Source of the DNA: Tubiluchus corallicola
Taxonomy: Eukaryota; Animalia; Priapulida
Length of the DNA: 64,000 nt
NCBI GenBank assembly: GCA_030141605.1
Contig: JAQGDQ010000119.1
Location: forward strand, 173,652-237,651
Direction: 5' to 3'
A program made the position numbers and the translations under genes. Positions 13,301 to 25,300 of the stretch are shown here, piece by piece. The first letter of the stretch is position 1. Each line of letters opens with the position of its first letter. The notes under the pieces were generated by a model, which was given only the letters and a program-made list of their open reading frames with translations, was not told where the DNA came from and made no database searches.

Positions 13301-16300
13301 CTGTCCTGTATGGTATGTTACCTTGCAAAATTGCTTGTTGATAGTTGATGAAACGTGTTTAGTCTTTTGTTCTGCATTCTTATAAAATAATTGTGTATTA
13401 TGGATTAGTAATATGGACTTTTGTGTAAATTGGCTTCTAAATATAAGTATGTGCTTATTTGTGTGGTGAAGGGGGCATGCGTGCATGTATGAGTGCATAT
13501 ATGTGTGTGCGAATGTGTGTGCATGTGTATAAATAAAACTAATATGCAATGTTAGTGTTTAGTAACAAATGGCTATTTGCTTATTTACAAGATTCTGTTT
13601 TAGAAACATACCACAAGAAGTTATTGTCAACTGTGCAAAAGGCAATGCGGCCCTGTTAAAAAGCAACTACGTAGTGACAGGGCTAAGAAATAAAATTAAA
13701 CTTCAGCAATTCTTTGTCTACGTATAAAATTTATGAAGAATAAAGAAAAACATACAATAATGAGATTCATTAGTTCTTCTCGCATCAGTTCATCCACTTG
13801 AAGTCTGATTTCTGCCTCCACTTCAATCCGCTTGTCCTGTTTAACCAACTCTGCGTCAAACTGTTGCACAAAATTGTTGGATTCGTCTCTAGATTCCCAT
13901 ATAACTAAAACAACAAACACATTTATTGTCAAAAGTAAACAAGACAATTCGCATTAAAAACAGACATTAAAATGTGAGTTTAATTTTAATTACGAATTTG
14001 TCTGTTGAAAACGGTTTAGCAATTAAACAGAAAAGTCCTGCTTTAAATAAATCCATTGACTTAGCAGTACAGCGACAGATTTTTTGGAGTTAAACTGTTA
14101 ATCGCTTTCATAAAAGTAGCATAAAAATTTAAGTAATGCTATAGCTAAAATTTTGCTTGCAAATATAAATGGCTTCTAGCATTTAAAATTTCGAATACAA
14201 TAACTTAATAGTTTAATAGTTAGTCAACAAACACAGTCAAAAATCGTTAGAACATCCCCTTCCTTATAACATCAACTTCATTTAATGCCTGAAGTTTTGG
14301 CAAAACAAAATATCTATGCTTGCATAGACATGTATGTATTAATGCGCCTCATTATAATGCCAAACTCGCTTAACGCCAACTTTTTTTGCAGTCCCAAAGT
14401 AATTTGTAAGAAATTTGATTATACTTTACGTAAATCTTTCTTTATAGTATGTCTTACCAATTATTGCTTTAGGGGTCACCTAAGCACGGTGTAGAACTCG
14501 TGCCAGCTCCAACAACATGGAGGATTTGCGAAATTAACTCAACTTCTCAATATTACTCCTATCCAGTGCCACATTCTTAATACCTTTAGACATTTATATA
14601 ACTAATTATGAATTACTACTAACACGATTATCTAGACAAAGCATTTTTGGCATATTCTAAATCATCTGCACGTATACCACATGACTCCTACTGTGGCTCC
14701 GCCTAGTAAAAAAACTGCAAAGTTAACAAATTCTTTCCCATCTTCTAGGGTGCAAAAACACTATAAAAGGAAAATCAGACGATTGCACAAACATTAGTTC
14801 AAAATAGAGAATGTTCTAAAATATTGAAAACTACAATACCTTTTTTAAATGAAAGCTTAGATTAAATAATAATTACCTTGGATACTCAAATTTCGTTTTA
14901 GATACTCAGGGAATCTACTAAAATTGGCAGCAACTCCTTTTTGTCACATTCGCGTGGCCGACAAATAGAAGGTGGTACTGTGATAAGCATGACCATGAAC
15001 TGCAGTGTTAGTTTCTGACATCATGTGACGTAGAACCCATTTTCGTGACATCACGCATTCAAGCAGTACTGTAACACTTATGCAAACATGCTTGACGCGC
15101 AAGTGAAGACACTTGCCATGGCACAAACTGTGGTTAGTTTCTGACGTAAGCAATAGCTGTGTTCTGTTGCTGTTAATTAACTTCCTAAGCTAATTATTCA
15201 AATATAAGAAACAATTGCTAACCTTTATAGGCAAGAAAATGTAAATTTTGAACAGTAAATTAAAATGAGATTGAGTCTAAACAATCGTCTGGACTTCCTT
15301 TAATTTAATCTAAAAATTGCTTAAACCTTTGTATTCCTCCGATGCAGAATTTATATCTGCAGTAAACTGAGATTGCTGCATCTTAAAACCCTCCTCGTCG
15401 GCGTCATCAGACTTTCCCTTCTTGCCTTTATCCTTCCCTTTTTGCTTGCCCTTTCCCTCTTCTTTTTTTTCTTTCTTCTCCTTTTTTCCTTTTCCAGCCT
15501 CCTAGAATAATATAAAAAGACGCAGTTAGCATGTTCATTTTTGCAATCTGTGAAAAAAATCAGTTGAACTGTTGGGGTCAGTTAACAAGGACGTTTGTCA
15601 ATAGACTAATAATAACAATGGCAACGTGGCAATATCTTTATGTTTCCCATTAATTAGTAACAAGTTGAATGTGGTATACAACGAAACTGTGAAAAGGCAA
15701 AGTAGTTACGCACACTTATATCATTATTACTTTAACACGAAAATAATACCCAAGTCTAATCAAGTTAATAAGCCTTTTCACAGTCTCATTTCCGCATGCG
15801 CAGTCGCTGTAGGTCAAAGGTTAAGTGTACCACATTAATACGTTCTAATTACAACCGTTACGCAACATGTGAAACAAAGGCTGTCTTCCGTATCAGTTCA
15901 GTAACGTCAGTTGTTTTACCTGGACTTTACTTAATTATGCATTAGCCTGTGTGTAGAGTGATTTACTAGCAGAATCATGCTTGAGAAAAATAAAAAATCA
16001 ACTAGGTAAGGTTCTGGCTAACTGTTACTATTACAATGGCTTGGGCTGCGAGGCGTTGTCAAGTGTACACGAATCTAGTACACTTAACCTTTGACCTTTT
16101 CACGATCATCATCAATCGCTCGAGCTGTGAAAAAGCTTACAGAGTTAAAAAAACCAAATCGTCTCTCTATACACAACACATGTTTGCGATTCACAAACTA
16201 AATAAACAGATAAATGTTTCGTAAACATTTTTTTATGTTTTGTACGCATTTTTGAAAATTGCAACTACTAATAGAAGAGTTGAGCATCCTTCATTTTGAA

Positions 16301-19300
16301 TTTACTTACCGGTGATGTCATCTCCTTTTCCAGTTCATTGGGATCCTTGGGTTGGAATAGAATTGCTGAACCTCCCTCCTCCTCATCTGGATAATCTGGA
16401 AACTTCCCAGTCATCTCTCTAGATGAAAAACCAGAAAAAACGGTGTACACTTTCAAGGATATTATAAAATGCATTTTAACATGTTGCCGCATGCCTTATG
16501 TTTTTTCAGCAAACTCCCAAATGCCAATCCATGAAGGAGTGGGTTTTACGTCCGTTCTAAAAAACTTTGCATTCAACTCCTTCAGGACCGTAAGAGTTTG
16601 CTGCAAAGTGCATAGGTTCATACATAACTGCTCTCACTAAGCAGCGATTACATTATATTTGACAATTGTTGTAGGTTTCCAATCCTCACACAATGGGCCT
16701 TCATGCAAAATTATATATAAACTGCATTTGATTATCTCAGCTAAGTTAAAAATCAATTTTTGGTGAAAAAAATTAAAAAAGCTTGCATCAACTGCATTGT
16801 TTACACTGTAACAAAGCACAGTGTCTCTTAAAAGATGAAGCGACCTTAATTTGTCCTTGGCTGATAGGATGGCTTTTCTTGGAACAGCAGCAGAACGCTG
16901 CTCAGTTGGGGTTGCAGCAAGCAGGCAGTACAATCACGCACGTGTACACCAGACTAAGCTACTCAATAGGCTAAATTGGAGTGCCTGAAAAGGGTGTTTT
17001 TCTTAATTTTATCGAATCAAATTACTTATAAATGCTTAAACAAATAGCATGATTGGATAGCCGAGATTCTCATGAACAGGACAGTGCCTAATTTGTAATC
17101 ATTTAGTTATGTCTGTAGCAGAAAAGTCATGGATTTTATAAGACGCATTTAAACGGTGTGGTCCTGAAGGAGTCAAAGCTTTTTAACTGCAACTGCACAA
17201 TAGATCGTTTTAGATGGTAAAGGAAGTCGAAACGCCCTTTAGGTCTCATAAAATTCTTCAAGTTTTCCTTCAGAAGTTTTCGTCCCTCATAGAATTCATC
17301 TGCTGAAAACAGTTTGATATAGCCTAAATCTTGAAAGATGTTTGATATAGCCCAGATCTTGAAAGATGTTAAAAGTGGGACTCTCTTCCAAGATCTATGC
17401 TATATCAAGATGGGTCTGTCTTTCAAGATCTATAAATTATCAAGATGGGACTGCCTTTCAAGATCTGGGCTATATCAAACATGTAACAAGATCTGGGCTA
17501 TATCAAACATATAACAAGATCTGGGCTATATCAAACACGTAACAAGATCTGGGCTATATCAAGATGGGACTGTCTTTCAAGATCTGGGCTATATCAAACA
17601 TGTAACAAGATCTGGGCTATATCAAACATATAACAAGATCTGGGCTATATCAAACACGTAACAAGATCTGGGCTATATCAAGATGGGACTGTCTTTCAAG
17701 ATCTGGGCTATATCAAACATGTAACAAGATCTGGGCTATATCAAACATGTAACAAGATCTGGGCTATATCAAACATATAACAAGATCTGGGCTATATCAA
17801 ACACGTAACAAGATCTGGGCTATATCAAGATGGGACTGTCTTTCAAGATCGGGCTATATCAAACATGTAACAAGATCTGGGCTATATCAAGATGCGACTG
17901 TCTTTCAAGATCTGGGCTATATCAAACATGTAACACGATCTGGGCTATATCAAACATATAACAAGATCTGGGCTATATCAAACACGTAAAAAGATCTGGG
18001 CTATATCAAGATGGGACTGTCTTTCAAGATCTGGGCTATATCAAACATGTAACAAGATCTGGGCTATATCAAACATATAACAAGATCTGGGCTATATCAA
18101 ACACGTAACAAGATCTAGGCTATATCAAGATGGGACTGTAGGTGGGACCCAAAGATGGTCTGCTGTAACGGCTTTAATAGCAAAATCTTCTAGAATGGCT
18201 GTAAAACCCAATCCGTTGAGGTCTGGTAGATAGAATTGTGCGGCGGAAACATAAAGCGTGCGGCAACATGGCATTTTTGTTTACTTTTATGTTAAAAATG
18301 ACTTTTGTTATGTCCTTGAAAGTGCACACTGTTTCTTTCCTCTTAGAACCAATATTGGATCTATGTCCCGGAAAAATACCTGAACTCCAAAAACCACTGC
18401 CGGATTTGGTCCTGCATCGTCTCTTTCATATCCGGCCCCTCGGTCTGTCCGAGTTTTTCTTTGATCGACACAAGACCGTGTTGGTATTCTTGTTCGTACT
18501 GTTCCTGGATACCATGTCTCACTTGCTCAATCTGGTGCGCAATGCCCTGCCGAGTATTGTCAAAATTCTCCGGGAGCGGGGGCGGAGCCATGCCCAGGAA
18601 GATGAATTCGTCTTCCCGCTGTTTCCGGACTTTCTGCCTGGTAATAAATCCTTTCCACATCTGCAACAAACAAGAAAAAGAAAATATTTTTAATGGTGTA
18701 AATATTCTTATTTTTTATGCTACTAACAAATTTAAAATTGTACTGCAATTTCGAAATAAATAGTCACAATAGTAACAGAGTGTTTGTGGTGTGTTACCTA
18801 AACTTAGAATTTGAATGTGTAGCAATTCTCTGCAAGTAGAGGCGATCAACAGTCAGACTTAGAAGGAGAAGTTTTAAAAAACTGTGAGTTAATCAGTTTT
18901 TGAACCCAGAACTTTGTCGATTCCGGCCGCATGCAGTAGCCATTTGAGCAATCAACTCACATTGCCAAAACAGTTCAGAATTCTCATACTAGTAAATACA
19001 CAGTCAGTCAGAGCCATCTATCCAACGAAAAGAGAAACTAATTAACTAATAAGTCACCACAAAACACTAAAAAAGTCCCTGGTCTTTTTAATAGTTTTAA
19101 AACTATCTCAAATGTTTCCATTTTACCTTCTGGATCTTGATAGCCGCCTCGTTGGGATCTATCCCAATTTGTTCGGCTGCATGCTTTGCCTTGAACAGTT
19201 CGCGATCTTCCCGTCGTTTGATCTCGTGCATAAATTTGGCCCGGAGACGACCCTGCCGTGCTCGCTCTAAGGTTTGGATGAGCCGGATGGCGTCCTCTAA

Positions 19301-22300
19301 GGACATAGGTACCTCTTCTACTCTATCCTTAAAATGATGATAAAAATAGTAATTATGTTCAAGTATCTATCATTACAATAGCTTAACATACATATAACTA
19401 GATTTTATTATACAGTTTTGCATACTTTTTCCAGAACGTAAATTTTTAACAGCCTTAAATTTATTATTGTGACATTTGTTCTTGTAGCACTGGTTCTTGT
19501 AGCACTTATTCTTGTAGCACTTGTTCTTGTGGCACTTGTTCTTGTGGCACTTGTTCTTGTAGCACTTGTCCTTGTAGTATTTGTTCTTGTGGCACTTGTT
19601 CTTGCAGCACTTGTTCTTGTAGCATTTGTTCTTGTAGCATTTGTTTTTGTGGCTTTTGTTCTTGTGGCACTTGTCCTTGTAGCATTTGTTCTTGTAGCAT
19701 TTGTTCTTGTGGAATTTGTTCTTGTGGCATTTATTCTTGTGGGATTTAGTCCATGGCATTTGTTCTTGTAGCACTTGTTCTTGTAGCATTTGTTCTTGTG
19801 GCGGTTGTTCTTATGACATTTGTTCTAGTGGCATTTATTTTAAGTGGCATTTGTTCTTGTGGCACTTATTCTTGCAGCATTTGTTCTTGTAACACTTGTT
19901 CTTGTGGCACTTATTCTTGTAGCATTTGTTCTTGTAACACTTGTTCTTGTAGCATTTGTTCTTGTGGCACTTGTTCTTGTGGCATTTGTTCTTTTGGCAC
20001 TTGTTCTTATGGCATTTGTTCTTGTGGAATTTATTTTAAGTGGCATTTGTTCTTGTAGCACTTGCTCTTGTGGCACTTGTTCTTGTGACATTTGTTCTTG
20101 TAGCACTTGTGCTTGTGGCACTTGTTCTTGTGACATTTGTTCTTGTGGCACTTGTTCTTGTAGCACTTGCTCTTGTGGCACTTGTTCTTGTGACATTTGT
20201 TCTTGTAGCACTTGTGCTTGTGGCACTTGTTCTTGTGGCATTTGTTCTTGCAGCATTTGTTCTTGTAGCATTATTTAAAGTAAATATCAGCTTTGCAATG
20301 TTTCAGCCACACACACCAGCCATTTTCAAGCAAGTCTAACCTTCTAAAAGTAGCATCCTAGAGCTTAATTAGCATTGTAGGAGTTTAAACATTTAAAATA
20401 ACAATAGCTTAATAGAATCACCCTGTTTGTTCAGCTCTGGCTTCACATTTTTATAACAACTGAGAAGTAAGTTAAGTTTGGCTTCACCTCAGTGCACTGT
20501 TTCAAATGAATCCCACCTGCCAAATATTGATGTTCTTCAATTCTCTGGTGTAAATAACAACAACAATAGCAGCAGCAGCAACAGCAACAGCAACAACAAC
20601 AACAACAACAGCAACAACAACCAAATGGCACATTTAGCAAAAAGTTAAGCAACACCAAGCTTTGTCAGTGAATGAATGGATGACCAGCAGTACTCAAAAC
20701 TTAAAGTAAATTTGCAAAAAATGCTCACTTTACCTCCGGTGGTTTATACATTCCCAAGCGTTTTAGCTGCTTAATCAAAGCTTTCTCACGATCAAGAAGC
20801 TCCAATCTTCTGTCTCTCACGTAGTACCTCGGTGGTGGGATCTCTAGGTCAACCTACAGTTAAAACTTCTTTCAAATAAACAACTGAGATAAAGCAACCA
20901 GGGCTGTCTCGTTTAAGGTGATTTTTGTTAAACCTACTTCAGGTACCCCTTTTCTTGTCCTTTAAAATAAACAAATGATCGAATAAACAACCAGAGCTGT
21001 CTCGTTTAAGGCAATTTTCCCGAAACCTACTTCAGGTACCACTTTTCTTGTCCTTTCAAACAAACAAATGATCGGGTAAAACAACTAGGGCTGTCTCGTT
21101 TAAAGCGATTGTTCTGAAACCTACTTCAGGTACCCCTTTTCTTGTCCTTTCAAACAAACAAATGATGGAGTAAAACAACTATGGCTGTCTCGTTTAAGGT
21201 GACTGTTCTTAAACCTACTTCAGGTACCCCTTTTCTTGTCCTTTCAAACAAACAAATGATGGAGTAAAACAACTATGGCTGTCTCGTTTAAAGCGATTGT
21301 TCTGAAACCTACTTCAGGTACCTCTTTTCTTGTCCTTTCAAATAAACAAATGATCGAGTAAAACAACCAGGGCTGTCTCGTTTAAGGTGACTGTTCTTAA
21401 ACCTACTTCAGGTACCTCTTTTCTTGTCCTTTAAAGTAAACAAATGATCGAATAAAACAACCAGGGCTGTCTCGTTTACACCTGTAAATGGGAGCGTTTA
21501 GATTAATCACTCTAAATGTTTGCTGATTTTTGTAAACGATAAACGGTTCTGCTTCAGCTTTCTCCTGAAATGAGGCCACAGTGGTAACAATAAAAATGAT
21601 AATATTTAATAAATTTCGACAGGTAATGAATATACATTCCGGTGACTCTCACGGTATTTTATATCTCATCCTCCTCACACATACATTTAACTAAGCAGCG
21701 AGTAAACAGAATCGTTACGTTTGGCAAACTCAATAAATGCGACAGACCTAGAAACAACAGTGTTAGTCACTGTACCACCTTGTCATCCCAGTTCTGTAGG
21801 TTAAATGCATATTGAAAAGCAATTTTAAAGTATGCTCCAAAGAACTTTCCACGCAAAGTTATATTACTCAACATTACGTTTGCCTGCTTGAAAGACTTAT
21901 GTAACTAGAAAAGAAAATTCTTAATAATTTAAAATACACACGCCACCTGAAAAACGGCACTGTATCATCATCCCAGTGTGCACTACTGATTCACCAAAAA
22001 AACTTTATTGATGCTATTGACAATATAAAGTAATTTTAACTTTTTGCTAGCTAGCAAAGAGTGCGCTACAACTGCTCTGGCAATTTCGTCAAACTTTACG
22101 CAATGGCATCTGAACTTACCATTAAAGTGTCAACACCTTGCAGTCATCGTGGGAGTTCAAATTTACAAGTTTTATACAGCATTGCTGCTAAAACAAACTC
22201 TCTAGCCAAGAAGGCAGCAAGCAAGTGATATAAGCTGTCAAGACTGACACATTTTTCAAGCTTTATTTATTAATAGCATTTTCTTGTGCTTTAAACAAAA

Positions 22301-25300
22301 TTTCTATTTTACTTATCTAATTCTTTACTCATAAATCACTCATTCCTTGCCTTCGAAATTTGTTTTGAAATGTGAAACAGAAACCGTCTCTAATCATTGC
22401 ATTTGGAATTGATAATTGCATTTATTTGTTTGCTCATCAACGTTGTTGATTAGTTTGCAAACTAATTTGAAAAGTTTCAATAATTACCGGAGTTAGTTTC
22501 AGATCAGACAGGATGTCATCAAAGTAATGAAAGTCAGTGCACTCGAGCTGAACCATGTCATCTTTCAGCTCCAGTAGTCGTCCGATGACGCCCTCTAGGA
22601 CACGTTTTAGCACTCTCCGCTTCTGAGGATGTACCATCTGATCGTAAGACTCCTGTAACTTCTTGTAAATCTGGATGTACTTCACGTACAACACGGCTAC
22701 AACTTGAAATGCACTGGCTCTCTCCTGAACAAAAAATATTCATCAAAAAAACAAAAAGGCACCTTCAATTACAATCAAACCTCGTTATTCCCCCCCCCCC
22801 CCTTATACCAACAAACTCGTTTACTGCCTGCAAAGTGGCCAGGAACAAAACGGCTGTATTAAACCGCATTTAAAAGTAACCCGTTATACCGCCTCCAGTT
22901 ACCCGACATCCACCAAGCAAAAAAATATATATGTTCAATGGGGAAATACCACCAGCCACACCAGTGACCTTGATATTATGCCAGCTGTACAAGGTCGTTT
23001 ACGCTGACCAGACATCACATGTCGTGTAAAATAATGCACGTCAATATGCCTTTATTGTTTTGAAGCTGTACTATACATCATACAGTCACAATAGTAAAGG
23101 ATCGATAGCTCTGATATTATTGTCAATATGCATCAGGCAGTCATAATAGCAACCGACAAAAAACACATGGATTTTTTCACCGTATGAAACGTGATATTTG
23201 CTTGTTTTCTAAGAATCATTTAAGGAAATACCAGTAAGAAGGTTGTAGTTATGATTTAAATATATTTTAAATATATTAGTGGAGCAGTAGGCCTACAGTC
23301 TATTATATGTATAAGTTGAGTACAAGATATGTTTATTATGTAATCAAAATGTTATTTTGATAAAGATGATCGATTCTGAATGAGTCATTAATTCACAAAT
23401 GACTAATCTAATAATTATCTTTTAATTCATTAACCTTTAGAGTAAAATTTTCTAACACTTGTATGACTGTTCTGTGATTCGTCTATGGCAAAATTTAACC
23501 CTTTCACTACGTAGTTGCTTTATAACACAGCAGCTTTGCCTTTTGCACAGTTGACAATAACTTCTTGTGGTGTGTTACTAAAACAGAATCTTGTAAATAA
23601 ACAAATAGCCATTTGTTATTAAACACTAATATTGAATATTACTTTTATTTATACATATGCACACGCATCCGAGCACACATATGCACTCATGCATGCAAGC
23701 ATGTGCACACCCTACTCACTTAAGCATGTACATATATTTAGAAACCAATTTTCACAAAGGACACAATACTAATCCATAATATGCAATCATTTTATAACAA
23801 TCGTTATAACAACTAAACATACGTTTCGTCAACCATCAACAAGATTTAGCATGAGAGCACACCATACAGTACAGTATTATGGAATGCACCTGGCTTCAGA
23901 CGCTGATTGGCTGGTTAGCCTTACTTGGTGTGAAGCAACCCCAATCCCACGGCTGCTAAGCTTTTCTACAATGAGTTGCATGGAGGTACTAGTGAAATAA
24001 ACAGACCTGGATGACTGCGCTTAGTGCTGAGTTTGGGCGGCAGTCTACCACCTTCTGTCCCTTGCTTCACTGTGCCACCTTCCGTAGTGAAAGGGTTAAC
24101 ACACCACATTAAAAGACAAACTCGCTATAATACTAACATTTTTCTCATCCCAAAGGGGGCGGTAAAAAGAGGTTTAACTGTATTGTCAGCTAAACATGTG
24201 GGTAGAGCACTCATCATAAGTGCAAACCCACATCACACTTGTTTTTGTACTTTGCAACCTAATCCTTTGCCCATTGGACTAAAAACAATGAATTTCCAGT
24301 AGCGATGAGCATGGAACATTCGAGTTTGATTTGAATAGTATTTTTAGCTCATTATAGATTCGATTCATTATAGATTCACCTAAAATTATAGATTCGAAAA
24401 ATTCAGCGTTTCGATTACATACCATCTATCTCACTAAAATGTTTGAAGCATCGTGCAGTCAGCAAAATTTAGCTGCAATTTCTCTGCATAATTTTTAAAC
24501 AAATATAGTGTTTTTACTGCAGAACAAAATCAAGTAATCATTTTGAGACAGCTGTTTATTATAGATTCGAAAATTTAATTGAAAATCTTCAAAACCAGAT
24601 TCGAATTCAATTCAGATTCAAAATCAAATTCTGAGTTCAAAAGTCAAAAATTAGATTCGATTCAAATTCGCTTTCTGGTAGAGAATGCTCACCCCTAATT
24701 TTAAGGTCATGGAGAGACCTACACCTGCCAAGTTTGGTGATTATGCGTTCATCCATTTTTATTTTACTGTGCGAACAAACACAGTAACACACATTAAGAA
24801 AAACATATATCGCACTTTTAATAGACTAATTAACTGAAAAAGGAGATGCTAAAAAATTGTCGACAAAAATTTGAAGCCGCAGCTTGTGCTTTATGGTATA
24901 TGCTATACCATTTGAGCTACTGACTTAACTTGGGAAAGCTGATCTGAGCTGAGCTTCACACTAATCGCAAAGGTACAAGCAGAGCCACCTATCAGAGTCA
25001 CCTATCCACAATATGAAAGGCAAAACACAACCTAGCGGCTAATTAATTGAAGAAGGCAGAAAAATTGTGGACCAATCAGGATTCCAACCCAGAACCTTCC
25101 TGCTTACAAGGCAGTTGCTCTAGCATTTGAGCTACTGGCTCAACATAGCAGAACTGGCATGAAGTCTCACCCTAGTAGCACGCCATTAATCACAGGTGCA
25201 TATCTGATTACACGAAATCACGAACACACACGCACGCACACACCATCAAAAACGTGCATGCACACTCCCTCAAGCACCCACGTGCACATACACACCCTCA

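Larger units (their letters stand above)
16441..18331. mobile_element. Foldback/TIR element with ~130-150-bp imperfect inverted arms, filling IQCA1 intron 6
   Basis: Left arm cggtgtacactttcaagga...catgttgccgca...gggttttacgtccgttcta..tttgc is the reverse complement of right arm gcaaaatcttctagaatggctgtaaaaccc...tgcggcaacatg...tccttgaaagtgcacactg. Confidence 0.72.

Noticed and set aside
14944-15153. Paralogous small ORFs (14944-15153 with 36778-36978; 13175-13549 with 28116-28319) suggesting a small gene family
   Set aside because: They lie inside copies of non-autonomous MITE families D and F, and the reading frames are not conserved between copies.
17380-18140. CRISPR-like array (constant 20-bp repeat with variable spacers)
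   Set aside because: The spacers are only 8-15 bp and recur in a fixed order, there are no cas genes, and the array lies in a eukaryotic intron. It is a higher-order minisatellite.
19373-20339. Overlapping repetitive ORFs (KNKCY, QEQVL, Cys-rich CSCGT metallothionein/keratin-like, VLVAL)
   Set aside because: All are translations of one 15-bp minisatellite in IQCA1 intron 4; there is no unique flanking coding sequence or splice support.
20443-20658. Poly-Cys ORF
   Set aside because: Antisense reading of a CAA/CAG microsatellite.
25069-25141. Functional tRNA-Thr(TGT) gene
   Set aside because: The T-loop lacks TTC, and the T-stem, acceptor stem and anticodon stem have mismatches; related decayed copies lie nearby.
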